Origin: Candidatus Daviesbacteria bacterium RIFCSPHIGHO2_02_FULL_43_12 | Lineage (GTDB): Bacteria > Patescibacteriota > Microgenomatia > Daviesbacterales > UBA10151 | Direction of reading: 5' to 3' | Assembly (NCBI GenBank): GCA_001776775.1 | Contig: MFDD01000014.1 | Coordinates: 3,684 to 67,683, forward strand | DNA length: 64,000 bases | In this document: in pieces, positions 1-9,750 of the stretch | Layout of the letters: each line of letters opens with the position of its first letter | Numbering within the stretch: the stretch's first letter is position 1 | Made by a program: the position numbers and the translations under genes | Notes under the pieces: model-generated | Told to the model about the DNA's origin: nothing | What the model saw: only the letters and a program-made list of their open reading frames with translations | The model's database searches: none

Positions 1-2
1 CG

Positions 3-995
3 AAGACTCATAAAAATGCCACCGGATATTTGCTCTGGGAGATTTGGGACAAAGAGACTTTCGACCTTTCTAAAGCTTTTGTCGGCTCCCAGGGTACATT
101 GGGAGTGGTCACCGAAGCCACTCTCAAGTTAGTTAAACCCCAAACACATTCCCGAATGCTGGTGATCTTCATGAAGAACTTAGATAATCTCTCGAACATT
201 GTGAACGCTATCCTGCGCTATAAACCCGAAAGCTTTGAATCATACGATGACTACACCATGAAGTTCGCCATGAAGTTTTTACCTGAAATCATCAAAGTCT
301 TTGGGCCAAAAAATCTTTTTTCTCTAGGCTTTCAGTTTTTACCGGAGATGTGGATGACTATGACCGGAGGGCTGCCTAAGCTTGTTTTGCTTGCAGAGTT
401 TACCGGCGAAAGCGATGCGGAGGCACTTGGTAAAGCCGCCGCCGCCAGGCAGGCGGTAGCCGGGTTTAAGCTTAACGACCGTATTACTCAAAACCCCGAA
501 GATGCCCGGAAGTATTGGGTTGTCAGAAGAGAGAGCTTTAATCTCTTAAGAAAACATTCTCCCCATCGCCGAACCGCTCCATTTATTGATGATATAATTG
601 TGCGTCCTGATGTCTTACCAGAGTTCCTGCCAAAACTGAGGGCATTAATGAGTGAGTACGAGTTAATTTATACCATGGCTGGACATATCGGAGACGGTAA
701 TTTTCATATCATCCCGCTAATGGATTTAACCGACCCTAAGTCTCGGGGGATTATTCAAGAACTAGGCAAAAAAGTTTATGATTTAGTCTTTGAATATGGC
801 GGGTCAATGAGCGCAGAGCATAATGACGGGTTAGTCCGGGGGCCGTATTTAGAAACCATGTATGGCAAAGAGGTCTATGGATTATTTAAACAGTTAAAAA
901 ATATTTTTGATCCCACAAATATCTTTAATCCTCACAAAAAAACCGATGCTACTTTTGAGTATTCCTTAGATCACATCGCCAAAGACTCTAGTTAA
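3..995 (+). CDS. FAD-linked oxidase/dehydrogenase (GlcD/D-lactate dehydrogenase family), C-terminal part; 5' end lies outside the window
   Basis: Frame open from position 3 (KNATGYLLW...); motifs FVGSQGTLG, GHIGDGNFH, SAEHNDG, FDPTNIFNP. Confidence 0.85.
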   Translation, partial: KTHKNATGYLLWEIWDKETFDLSKAFVGSQGTLGVVTEATLKLVKPQTHSRMLVIFMKNLDNLSNIVNAILRYKPESFESYDDYTMKFAMKFLPEIIKVFGPKNLFSLGFQFLPEMWMTMTGGLPKLVLLAEFTGESDAEALGKAAAARQAVAGFKLNDRITQNPEDARKYWVVRRESFNLLRKHSPHRRTAPFIDDIIVRPDVLPEFLPKLRALMSEYELIYTMAGHIGDGNFHIIPLMDLTDPKSRGIIQELGKKVYDLVFEYGGSMSAEHNDGLVRGPYLETMYGKEVYGLFKQLKNIFDPTNIFNPHKKTDATFEYSLDHIAKDSS

Positions 996-1809
996 ATACT
1001 TCACAAATTGTCCTAAATCGATAGGGGAGGGTTTCTTGCAAAAATTTATGCCTAGCCTCTCCCTCTAAGCTCCCAACTTCTTGCCAAACTGCCCTTCCTG
1101 CCAAAAACCCCCTGCAGCCTACACTAGCCGCCTCTCTCAACTGTTCGACAAACGTTTCGAAGGAAGCGCCCTTGGTTAAAATGATCCAGGGAGTATCTCC
1201 TACCATTTGGGTGATTTTGCTACATGCCTCTTTACTACCTGGATATTCCAATTTCCAAACATGGGGCTTAATGCCACTATCTAAAAACATCTTTACTGAA
1301 TCTAAGACTAAGCTAGTGAGGTCTCTCCCCAGCTTATCTCCTGTATCTGGCTTATAAGCTCTAATCTCTAAAAATAATGGGAAATTTTTCTTTTGACATT
1401 CTTGTAAAACCCGCTTGGCAGTATGCAGCTGGATCTTGGCGGTTAGTACATGTGGATTAAAATAGAGTAGTATCTTTGCTCCCTGAGCGCCGTCAGACTT
1501 TAAATCATCGACACTAAATTCTATCTCGGTAATTCGTTCTCCCAACTTCTCGGTATAACCCGACTCCTCTACCGGAAGTAAAAATGGTTTTGTCCTGTTT
1601 ACATAAGCGGGAAGTCCAATTGTTTGGTCAATGAGCAGAGCGCTGAATTGATCTTGGACACTGGCAATAACCTCTCTCTTTAGGGCAACTGCTTGTTGGT
1701 CGCTAACTTGATCCGGATTCTGGGGATTCATTAGTTTCTTAAAACTACCCCTGTGGTCAAAGGCCAGCATTAAGAAATTGCCGTTTTTAGTAAATTGAGC
1801 AAGATCCAT
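988..1809 (-). CDS. Class I aldolase, tagatose-1,6-bisphosphate aldolase (LacD)/DUF2090-like
   Basis: MLAFDHRGS, WKLEYPG Schiff-base Lys region, GFLAGRAVW. Confidence 0.8.
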   Translation of the reverse strand: MDLAQFTKNGNFLMLAFDHRGSFKKLMNPQNPDQVSDQQAVALKREVIASVQDQFSALLIDQTIGLPAYVNRTKPFLLPVEESGYTEKLGERITEIEFSVDDLKSDGAQGAKILLYFNPHVLTAKIQLHTAKRVLQECQKKNFPLFLEIRAYKPDTGDKLGRDLTSLVLDSVKMFLDSGIKPHVWKLEYPGSKEACSKITQMVGDTPWIILTKGASFETFVEQLREAASVGCRGFLAGRAVWQEVGSLEGEARHKFLQETLPYRFRTICEVFN

Positions 1810-2804
1810 TATTTTAGCTCCTTCGCGATGATCTCGGGGTTCTGCTTGAGTCTGCCTATCATCTCTTCGTAGGTGAGTAAACCCGTTTGGGCCCCAATCT
1901 GTTCAACCACCGCTGCTCCATTGGCTGCCCCCCAACGCATCGCCTCCGGCAAATCCTCACCATAAAATATCCCGGCCAAGGCACCTGTGGCATAAGCATC
2001 TCCAGCTCCGGTCATCTGTTTTAGTTTGGTGGGAAAAATACCTAGCTTCCAATAATCTTCGCCGTCAAATCCAAAAGAACCCTTATGTCCGTCAGTAATT
2101 ATTACCATTTTCGGTCCTAGGTCGGCGATTCCTTTGAGTAATTTTTTAGGTGCGATATCTTCCATTCGATTAAACCCTAAAATAAGTTTTGCCTCCTCCA
2201 GGTTAACAATAAACAGCGTCGTCGAGTTCAGTATTCGGGGGTATTTTTTTACCCCATGCTTAAGCTGAAAAGTACCCGGATTAAAAACCATTTTTGCACC
2301 TGTTTGATCCAAATACCTAACTAACTGTTCCATTAGAGGTGAGTCAATAAAGCTTGGTGCAAGTGAGGTCAGATAAACCCATTTCGTAGCATCGAGATTG
2401 GGTAAATTAAATTTCCAGGGTTGGTGATGGACCAAAATAGTCCGCTCACCTTTGTAATCTAAGATAATATTATGGTTAGATGGTAGGTCGTCTGTTTCTA
2501 CTACATATCTTAAATCGACTTTTTCTTTTTTTAATTTTAGTTTAATTCTGTCATCATCTTTATCGTCATCCAAGCGGCCGACATTGGTATAAATTGCTGT
2601 TTTTAGCTGCAAGCGGCTGGCACCAACTGCATTATTGGCTGCATTCCCAGCTACCATCGAAACAGATTGTCCGACCGGAACCTTGTCGCCACTACGCAGT
2701 CCCAATAAAGTTTCATGCGATGTTAAAGAAGTGACAATCTCTGCGTCAGTCAAAGGCACAAAAGTATCGATAACACAATCGCCAATAGAAATTAAGTCAA
2801 ACAT
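1809..2804 (-). CDS. PfkB-family carbohydrate kinase
   Basis: AGNAANNAVG and TGAGDAY PfkB signatures. Confidence 0.9.
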   Translation of the reverse strand: MFDLISIGDCVIDTFVPLTDAEIVTSLTSHETLLGLRSGDKVPVGQSVSMVAGNAANNAVGASRLQLKTAIYTNVGRLDDDKDDDRIKLKLKKEKVDLRYVVETDDLPSNHNIILDYKGERTILVHHQPWKFNLPNLDATKWVYLTSLAPSFIDSPLMEQLVRYLDQTGAKMVFNPGTFQLKHGVKKYPRILNSTTLFIVNLEEAKLILGFNRMEDIAPKKLLKGIADLGPKMVIITDGHKGSFGFDGEDYWKLGIFPTKLKQMTGAGDAYATGALAGIFYGEDLPEAMRWGAANGAAVVEQIGAQTGLLTYEEMIGRLKQNPEIIAKELK

Positions 2805-4029
2805 GTTTTCCTCGTTTAGGGTCGTGGACGGTAAATACTTTTAACCCCTTCCACCAGATTGAAAATACTGCTCTAACCGGTAAGATGGAAAACAAATAGT
2901 GTATCGTGATCAGCTGCTTTAACCACCAGACCAAAAGACCTGTCATTTCTAAACCAAAGACGTTGGTCAAGGCATACTTTCCACCTACTGCTACAACAAA
3001 AGACGGGTAGGGAGGACTGTATTTTTTTAAGGGCTTGCCTTTGATAGCGAGTTCAATATTCAAAGCTGCCACCTTTCCTTCGCTAATAGCCGACCAGGCC
3101 GCCGGAGGAACGGGAGTATTTTTGGTCTCGTCAATATATTCAGCCATATCCCCAACAACATAAACTTCCGGGTGACCTGCAAGGTTCAAACAAGCTGAGG
3201 TGTGGATCTGTCCTTTTTTGGTAAATTCTACTCCTTTAATCGCCCCATTCAAATTTGCAGCGAGCACCCCGGAGGTCCAAACTAAATAATCATATCCCAG
3301 CGGTTCCTTGTCTTGGCAGTAAATTTGCTTTTCGTCAATTTTGGTAATCATATTCCCTGTCCTTACTTGAACGCCTAGTTTTTCCAGCCGATGTAACGCC
3401 TCTGCCTGTGACCATTCCGGCATGCCGGTCAAGATACTTGGCAAAGCTTCTAAAAGAACTATTTCCGAGTGCGGATGTGGGAGTAAGCTCATCTCTGCAG
3501 CCAACTCTACTCCGCTAAACCCCCCTCCCGCCACCACCACCCGGGTCGGTTTGTCAGTTTGACTAAAAACTTTTTCTAGGTCTGACCGGCAACGCAAAGC
3601 ATCTTCTGTCGTTTTTAAGGGATGGGCATATTCTTTTGTGCCTTCAATTCCGAAAAAATTGGTGGTACTCCCCAAGCTGATAACTAAATAATTATAGCTT
3701 AGGCTTTTAGTTCCTGTCAGAACTGATTTTGTTTCCAGGTCAACCGAGTTAACTGAGTCAACCAGAAATGAAATATTTTTACGGGTGCCAAATATCTGCT
3801 CTAATGGTAAGTTGATAGCCGCTACCAGGGCCTCCTGACTTACCTTAGTGGCATCAAAAGAAGCCGTAGCTACTTCGTAGAGATCGGGGGAGTAGCAGTG
3901 AAAAGGAGATTGATTGATAATAGTGATCAGGGCGAAAGGAAGACGACTAGACAGGTCTAGCGCAGTACGTACCCCCCCAAAACCCGCTCCTAAAATGACA
4001 ATTTCTGGCTTTTCCATTTCTTTTATCAT
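2797..4029 (-). CDS. ndh: Type II NADH dehydrogenase-like FAD/NAD(P) oxidoreductase
   Basis: Two Rossmann motifs GAGFGG and GGGFSGVELAAE; VVGD; C-terminal amphipathic segment. Confidence 0.8.
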   Translation of the reverse strand: MIKEMEKPEIVILGAGFGGVRTALDLSSRLPFALITIINQSPFHCYSPDLYEVATASFDATKVSQEALVAAINLPLEQIFGTRKNISFLVDSVNSVDLETKSVLTGTKSLSYNYLVISLGSTTNFFGIEGTKEYAHPLKTTEDALRCRSDLEKVFSQTDKPTRVVVAGGGFSGVELAAEMSLLPHPHSEIVLLEALPSILTGMPEWSQAEALHRLEKLGVQVRTGNMITKIDEKQIYCQDKEPLGYDYLVWTSGVLAANLNGAIKGVEFTKKGQIHTSACLNLAGHPEVYVVGDMAEYIDETKNTPVPPAAWSAISEGKVAALNIELAIKGKPLKKYSPPYPSFVVAVGGKYALTNVFGLEMTGLLVWWLKQLITIHYLFSILPVRAVFSIWWKGLKVFTVHDPKRGKHV

Positions 4030-4047
4030 CGTATCACAATAGGAGGG

Positions 4048-5037
4048 TTAGGTCGGCTTCATGCGCAAAACCGTCGTAATCGCGTGTATAATCTCTTTGG
4101 TCGTTAATCCGAATTTTTCCAGCAGTTCCTCGGACTCTCCTGATTCTCCGAAGCGGTTAGCTATCCCCACAATCTTCATAGGTACTGGAAACTTTTGGCA
4201 GACCAACTCGGCCACCGCTCCGCCTAATCCACCGGTAACCTGGTGTTCCTCAACTGTCACGATTGCTCCACATTCATCTGTCGCTTCCAGAATGGTTTTT
4301 TCGTCTAAAGGCTTTAAGGTGTGGCAATTAATTACTCGAACAGAAATATTGTGCTCTTTCATTTGTTCGGCTGCCTGCAAGGCTTGATAGACCATTTGAC
4401 CACAGGCGATAATGGCTATATCCTTACCCTCAGCTAAAACTTCGGCTTTACCAATTTGAAAAGGAGTTTGTTCGGTGGAAATGACCGGAGTTTTATCTCG
4501 AGAAAGCCTGAGATAGCTAGGTTGTTTAGTGGCGGCAATAGCCATCGTTGCTTTTTTCGCTTCAATTGAATCCATCGGCACTATCACTACCATATTCGGC
4601 AGAGCCCGCATTAAAGCAATATCTTCTAGGGCCTGATGAGTAGCTCCGTCCGGACCAACAGAGATTCCAGCATGAGAACCAATGATTTTAACCGGCTGGT
4701 CGTTATAACAGATAGTCGTCCTAATTTGTTCCCAGTTTCGTCCAGGAGAGAAGGTCGCATACGAAGCACAAAAGGGGATCTTCCCGGCTGCCGCCAACCC
4801 AGAGGCGACTGTTACTAAGTTTTGTTCCGCCACACCTACTTCAATAAAACGCTCTGGGAATTTGTCTCTAAAGCTTTGCATACGGGTAGATTCGGTGAGG
4901 TCGGCACAAAGAGCGACAACATTGGGACTGCTCTCCCCTGCCAAGACTAACCCCTCTCCAAAGCCATCGCGGGTAGGTACCTTTTCGATATCTTGGTCAA
5001 ATAATTTTGGATTTAAATGAGCTTGTTGATTAATCAT
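4048..5037 (-). CDS. Transketolase, C-terminal subunit
   Basis: EVGVAEQN, GPDGATHQ, EEHQVTGGLG. Confidence 0.93.
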   Translation of the reverse strand: MINQQAHLNPKLFDQDIEKVPTRDGFGEGLVLAGESSPNVVALCADLTESTRMQSFRDKFPERFIEVGVAEQNLVTVASGLAAAGKIPFCASYATFSPGRNWEQIRTTICYNDQPVKIIGSHAGISVGPDGATHQALEDIALMRALPNMVVIVPMDSIEAKKATMAIAATKQPSYLRLSRDKTPVISTEQTPFQIGKAEVLAEGKDIAIIACGQMVYQALQAAEQMKEHNISVRVINCHTLKPLDEKTILEATDECGAIVTVEEHQVTGGLGGAVAELVCQKFPVPMKIVGIANRFGESGESEELLEKFGLTTKEIIHAITTVLRMKPT

Positions 5038-5888
5038 TCATGCTCCGATCTGATCTTTCCTGCCAAAGTTCGTAGCTTGTGCAAGGCTATTTTAGCTTCT
5101 TTAGCGTTGGGGGGTTTACCGTGCCATTCAAACTTGTTTTCCATAAAGTCTACTCCCTTACCCGGGATGGTATGAGCAATAATCATGGTTGGTTTCTCAA
5201 AGATAACCTTAGCCCGCTCTACTCCGTCGATAATCTCCTGCATATTATGACCATTGATTTCGATGACGGTCCAGCCAAAGGCCTCGTATTTTGCCCTAAT
5301 GTTTTCTAAAGGCATGATCTCCTCGGTAAATCCATCAATCTGGATATTATTACGATCCATAATCGCAGTCAGATTATGCAGTTTGTACTTTCCCGCCAAC
5401 ATCACGGCTTCCCAGGTATTTCCTTCATCATGCTCACCATCAGACATTAAGCAATAGGTATGCCAGGAGGCCTGATCCATTCGGGCGGCCAGTGCCATAC
5501 CACTTGCCTGAGACAACCCAGAACCAAGCGGTCCGGAAGTAGTTTCAAGCCCTGGCAGCGACTCACGGTGGGGGTGTCCCTGCAACCTGGTACCTAGCTT
5601 GCGTAAGGTACTCAACTCGTCAACCGGAAAAAAACCACGGTGGGCCAAGGTTGCATATAAAACTGGACAGATATGTCCATTGGATAAAACCAATCTATCC
5701 CGATCTGGTTTTTGGGGATTATTGGGATCAATCTTTAGGATATGAAAGTACAAAGCGGTGAAGATATCCGCCATCCCCAAAGGACCAGCCGAGTGACCTG
5801 ATCCAGCTGCCAGCAACATTTTAATAACACTTTGACGGATTTGAGTTGCCTTTAGTTCGAGATCAATAAACTCCTGGGCAGTTAGCAT
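5034..5888 (-). CDS. Transketolase, N-terminal (TPP-binding) subunit
   Basis: SGHSAG, LSNGH, LQGHP, SDGEHDEG...N TPP motif. Confidence 0.93.
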   Translation of the reverse strand: MLTAQEFIDLELKATQIRQSVIKMLLAAGSGHSAGPLGMADIFTALYFHILKIDPNNPQKPDRDRLVLSNGHICPVLYATLAHRGFFPVDELSTLRKLGTRLQGHPHRESLPGLETTSGPLGSGLSQASGMALAARMDQASWHTYCLMSDGEHDEGNTWEAVMLAGKYKLHNLTAIMDRNNIQIDGFTEEIMPLENIRAKYEAFGWTVIEINGHNMQEIIDGVERAKVIFEKPTMIIAHTIPGKGVDFMENKFEWHGKPPNAKEAKIALHKLRTLAGKIRSEHE

Positions 5889-5900
5889 ATATTAAGTGTA

Positions 5901-6590
5901 TCAAGTTTTGGTATGAATAACCTCTGGTTTAGTAGAATCAGATTCTCTGGTTGGCTCAATATTCGCGCTTTTTCCGGCTGCTAATTCTTGCTTAAACTGT
6001 TCAATAGCCTCAAGAACTTGGTCGGCGGAGCTGACAATTTTAAAGACTTTTAACTCCTCCGGCCGGAGCAGCATATTCTTGCGGAAAGCATCAGTAATTT
6101 CATGCCAGAAATCGCCATATAAAATAAGCGGCTTATGGTGACCAAAATAAAGACGCGCCAACCCCCAGGCCATGCCAAATTCCGAGATCGTGCCCGTCCC
6201 TCCATTGAAAACCACATATACCTGTCCTTGCTCCATAAGAGTCAAGGTTCGTTCGATATAAGTTGTTGTCTTGATCTCTTTGTCAAAAATATTTTTCGGA
6301 TCTCGACCCTCAAAATGGGTCATGTCTCTGGGATGAAGAGTTACCGCAAGCACCTCGCCCCCACCCTGTTTGGCCCCGACGGTAGCAGCTCTCATCACTC
6401 CTGGCCCTCCGCCATCCACCACTACATAACCGGCCTCGGCTAGTCTTTTACTAACCGCAACGACGCTTTCATAAAGCTCACCATCTTCCGGAGCATCAGC
6501 ATAACCAAAGATTGCTACTTGTTTGATAGTTACAGTTTCCGGAAGTTTATTAGGCCGAAAGAGTTCTGCGAATTTTTTTAAAATTTTCAT
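5901..6590 (-). CDS. LOG-family protein (putative nucleotide monophosphate phosphoribohydrolase)
   Basis: GGGPGVMRA and GGTGTISE (PGGxGTxxE-like); ATG at 6590 preceded by GGAG. Confidence 0.85.
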   Translation of the reverse strand: MKILKKFAELFRPNKLPETVTIKQVAIFGYADAPEDGELYESVVAVSKRLAEAGYVVVDGGGPGVMRAATVGAKQGGGEVLAVTLHPRDMTHFEGRDPKNIFDKEIKTTTYIERTLTLMEQGQVYVVFNGGTGTISEFGMAWGLARLYFGHHKPLILYGDFWHEITDAFRKNMLLRPEELKVFKIVSSADQVLEAIEQFKQELAAGKSANIEPTRESDSTKPEVIHTKT

Positions 6591-7191
6591 CAAAATCTCC
6601 TTTCAACAATCCTGAACCTATGGCTAAGTAATCCACCCCAGCTTCTTGAAGAGCTTTGCTATTCTTCGAGTTGACCCCTCCGTCATCTCCTACTTGAATA
6701 TTCCACCGTTTTTTGATCTGGCGAATTTTCTCCAAAGCAGCTACTGAAAATTCCCTACCCTGCGCACCTGGCTCAGCAGACATCACTAGCACACTATCTA
6801 TTATGTCCATAAAAGGAGCCAGAGATTCAATAGGTGTTCCTAAGTTCAGAGACAACCCTACTTGTATATGCATGGCCTTGGTTTTTTGAATAAATTGACT
6901 TATCTGTCCCTCTCCAACCTCGACTGGCGCGACAATACGGTGAACCGGAATCTTTGATAGTTTTTCTACCCAGCTGGCCGGGTCTGCTACTAATAATTGA
7001 ATCTCCTTTTTAAAGACGTTAGGATACTTGATTAGTATATCGGGGTCGATACTTTTATTGGAAACGAACTTTCCATCCATCAAATCGATTTGGATCCAAT
7101 CTCCGTCAAAAAGCTTACTTTGTATAACTTTGGTAATCTGTTCTTGGTAAATTTCTTCTGAGGTAGCAAGTATTGCGGGAAGAATTTGCAT
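6550..7191 (-). CDS. rpe: Ribulose-phosphate 3-epimerase
   Basis: IDLMDGKFV, VMSAEPG, DGGVN; metal-binding His positions appear replaced by Gln/Pro. Confidence 0.85.
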   Translation of the reverse strand: MQILPAILATSEEIYQEQITKVIQSKLFDGDWIQIDLMDGKFVSNKSIDPDILIKYPNVFKKEIQLLVADPASWVEKLSKIPVHRIVAPVEVGEGQISQFIQKTKAMHIQVGLSLNLGTPIESLAPFMDIIDSVLVMSAEPGAQGREFSVAALEKIRQIKKRWNIQVGDDGGVNSKNSKALQEAGVDYLAIGSGLLKGDFDENFKKIRRTLSA

Positions 7192-7193
7192 AA

Positions 7194-7691
7194 TTAACGC
7201 TTTTCTATATCAGATATTTTTTGAATCCTTCGAACGTGTCTCTCTGCATTATTAAAAGAGGTTGCCAGCCATAGCTTAACAGCTTGCTTGGCCTCTTCGC
7301 TGCTGACGAAACGAGCACCAATGGATAAAATATTGGCATCGTTATGCTCCCGAGATAGTCGGACAATCTCAAGCGGATCACTACTTTCCCTGCCCCCAAT
7401 TTCCGGTGACTCCAGTGGAGCCTTTTCACCATAAAAGACAGCTGCCCTAACATGAGCAAATTTATTAGCCACAATTGCCTCGCCTTGACCCGATCCTCCA
7501 AAAATAATCCCTCTGGCGGATGGATCACGCGAGACTGCCTCAGCGGCTTTACTAATGAAATCGGGAAAGTCATCGTCAGCTTCGAACTGGGTTGCCCCGC
7601 AATCGGTGGTAGCAATTTCCCGTTCCTCCAGCCAGTTTTTTATTTGGTCTTTGAGCGCTAGCCCGGCGTGATCGGAAGCGAGATAAATCAT
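7194..7691 (-). CDS. rpiB: Ribose-5-phosphate isomerase B
   Basis: ASDHAG, GGSGQG, SREHNDAN, RHVRR. Confidence 0.93.
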   Translation of the reverse strand: MIYLASDHAGLALKDQIKNWLEEREIATTDCGATQFEADDDFPDFISKAAEAVSRDPSARGIIFGGSGQGEAIVANKFAHVRAAVFYGEKAPLESPEIGGRESSDPLEIVRLSREHNDANILSIGARFVSSEEAKQAVKLWLATSFNNAERHVRRIQKISDIEKR

Positions 7692-7701
7692 ATTTGTACT
7701 G

Positions 7702-7729
7702 TATCATGGATCAGGGGTCAGGAGTCAAG
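7702..7729. repeat. Degenerate heptamer tandem array (NNTCANG x4)
   Basis: tatcatg gatcagg ggtcagg agtcaag. Confidence 0.5.
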
Positions 7730-7759
7730 CTTGATACACTTGAATATACTTTTATCCAA

Positions 7760-7789
7760 TTGACGACTAAATCAGTTTACTGATATAAA
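7760..7789 (+). promoter_or_regulatory. Sigma70-like promoter of the tgt leader
   Basis: TTGACG-18 bp-TATAAA. Confidence 0.55.
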
Positions 7790-7848
7790 AGAGAGGCTTA
7801 AATTTCCGTTGGGATAAAGCACTACTTACTGCAAGGTGAGTTTACAAG

Positions 7849-7874
7849 AAACCCCGATACGTTCGGGGTTTTTT
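7849..7874 (+). terminator. Intrinsic terminator in the tgt 5' leader
   Basis: AAACCCCGA-TACGT-TCGGGGTTT followed by T-tract, 11 nt before the tgt ATG. Confidence 0.8.
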
Positions 7875-7885
7875 GTTTACAAATT

Positions 7886-8944
7886 ATGCTAAAAACCTTA
7901 AAGACCAATCATGGAGATATTTCACTCCCAACTTTTTTTCCGGACGCTACTCGAGGTGTGGTCAAAGGAGGACTGGATACCGTTGACCTGAGCAATACTA
8001 AGGTCGAAGGGATTGTGATTAATACCTTACATCTTCGTGGTGCCATCAGGGAGCAATTTAATTGTCACCTCTTAATGAATTGGACTAAACCGATCATTAC
8101 GGACTCGGGTGGGTTTCAGGTCATGTCCCTTATTCATCATCACCCTAAGTTAGGCAAGCTGACCGATAATGAGGCAATTTTTATTGATGCAAGCGGGCAG
8201 AAAATAATCTTTACTCCGGAAGCTTCCATCCAGCTTCAGCTTAAATTAGGAGCCGATATTCTAATTTGCCTGGATGACTGTACCGACCCTGAATCTCCCT
8301 TAAGTCTGCAAGAAAAATCAGTTGAGCGGACAATTAACTGGGCCAGGCGATGCAAAATAGAGTTCGATAAACTTACTAGTCAAAAAAATGCCCGACCTCT
8401 TCTCTTTGCCGTTGTCCAGGGAGGAAAAGATCGGTCACTTCGGAAAAAATGTGCTCGGGCTTTAGTTGAGCTGAATTTTGATGGATATTGCTTTGGTGGC
8501 AGACCGCTGGATGGAGAAAATAAGTTTCTTAAAAGTATTCTCCAATTCACGGCCTCTTTATTACCAAATGACAAACCAAAATATGCCATGGGAGTTGGTA
8601 CTCCTCAGAATATCGTCGACTGTTTTAAAATGGGCTATAACATGTTTGACTGTGTTATCCCTACTCGGGAAGCCCGGCATAAGAAGCTCTATATCTTTAA
8701 CAAACCGCTAGAGCAAATAGATATCCTAAACCAAGAGTTTTATAGCTCGATCTATCTGCAACAAAGTCGCTTTCGAGATAATCTGCAGCCTATTTCACCC
8801 TTTTGCGACTGTTTAACTTGCCAAAATTATTCACTCGGTTATCTATATCATCTCTTTAAAATTAAGGATATCTTAGCCCTCCGACTCGCGAGTATTCATA
8901 ACCTACGTTTTTATACTATGCTGATGGAGAAACTCACCAGGTAA
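7886..8944 (+). CDS. tgt: tRNA-guanine transglycosylase (queuine tRNA-ribosyltransferase)
   Basis: TDSGGFQV, VVQGG, MGVG, FDCVIPTREARH, CDCLTC and HNL zinc site. Confidence 0.95.
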   Translation: MLKTLKTNHGDISLPTFFPDATRGVVKGGLDTVDLSNTKVEGIVINTLHLRGAIREQFNCHLLMNWTKPIITDSGGFQVMSLIHHHPKLGKLTDNEAIFIDASGQKIIFTPEASIQLQLKLGADILICLDDCTDPESPLSLQEKSVERTINWARRCKIEFDKLTSQKNARPLLFAVVQGGKDRSLRKKCARALVELNFDGYCFGGRPLDGENKFLKSILQFTASLLPNDKPKYAMGVGTPQNIVDCFKMGYNMFDCVIPTREARHKKLYIFNKPLEQIDILNQEFYSSIYLQQSRFRDNLQPISPFCDCLTCQNYSLGYLYHLFKIKDILALRLASIHNLRFYTMLMEKLTR

Positions 8945-8954
8945 TAGATGAGTA

Positions 8955-8980
8955 ATTTTATGTAAGAATTATGTAAACTT
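8955..8980 (+). promoter_or_regulatory. Putative OmpR-family operator (TGTAA direct repeats, 11-bp period) upstream of the response regulator
   Basis: attttaTGTAAgaattaTGTAAactt; same 15-mer inverted at 11791-11805. Confidence 0.55.
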
Positions 8981-9033
8981 ACTTGCAGAAATGTTAGAAC
9001 TAGTGTTATATTGTGTAAGCCAAGCGAAGCAAG

Positions 9034-9705
9034 ATGGTTAATACAATATTAATAGTCGAAGACGACTCGGGTCTGCAAAAATATTTAAAAGAGCTGCTTC
9101 TGGACAATGGGTATTCTACTCAAGTGGCCTCCGATGGTATTCAAGCACTTAACTCTATTGAAAAATTAGCTCCTGATTTAATCTTGCTGGATTTAGGTTT
9201 ACCCAACATGAGCGGTGAGGCTGTTTGTGCAGAACTACGCAAAAAACATTCTGAGCTACCAATTATTATTCTGACAGCCAAAGATACTACCTCAGATATT
9301 GTCCAAGGTCTAAACCTGGGAGCTGATGATTATATGACCAAACCCTTTGTCGCCGATGAGCTTTTAGCGCGCATTAAAGTCCGTTTACGAAGCAAAAATG
9401 GAACTGATCACAAGCTTCAAGTTGATGATTTAGAGTTGGATAATAATACCCTCGAAGTCCATCGTGCCAATAAACATATTCAACTAACCCCTCAGGAATT
9501 CAAACTTTTACAGTACTTAATGAGCAACAAAGGCCGCATCTTGACCCGAGAAATGATCCTCAACCGGGTCTGGCTATATTCTCCTGATATTGAAACTAGG
9601 GTGGTCGATGTCTATATGGGCTATTTACGCAAAAAAATAGATGCCGATCTCGAGAAAAAATTAATCCACTCAGTGCGTGGTTTTGGTTATATGATCAAAG
9701 ACTAG
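9034..9705 (+). CDS. OmpR/PhoB-family response regulator
   Basis: VEDD, LLDLGLP, GADDYMTKPF, winged helix ending VRGFGY. Confidence 0.95.
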   Translation: MVNTILIVEDDSGLQKYLKELLLDNGYSTQVASDGIQALNSIEKLAPDLILLDLGLPNMSGEAVCAELRKKHSELPIIILTAKDTTSDIVQGLNLGADDYMTKPFVADELLARIKVRLRSKNGTDHKLQVDDLELDNNTLEVHRANKHIQLTPQEFKLLQYLMSNKGRILTREMILNRVWLYSPDIETRVVDVYMGYLRKKIDADLEKKLIHSVRGFGYMIKD

Positions 9706-9750
9706 TCTCTTTTACTTGATATTATAGGATACCTCAGGTAAAATCCCTCT

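Noticed and set aside
7791-7875. Canonical preQ1 riboswitch or Q-codon leader peptide before tgt
   Set aside because: Known consensus not recognisable by eye and no Tyr/His/Asn/Asp-rich sORF after the promoter; kept only as an unknown leader
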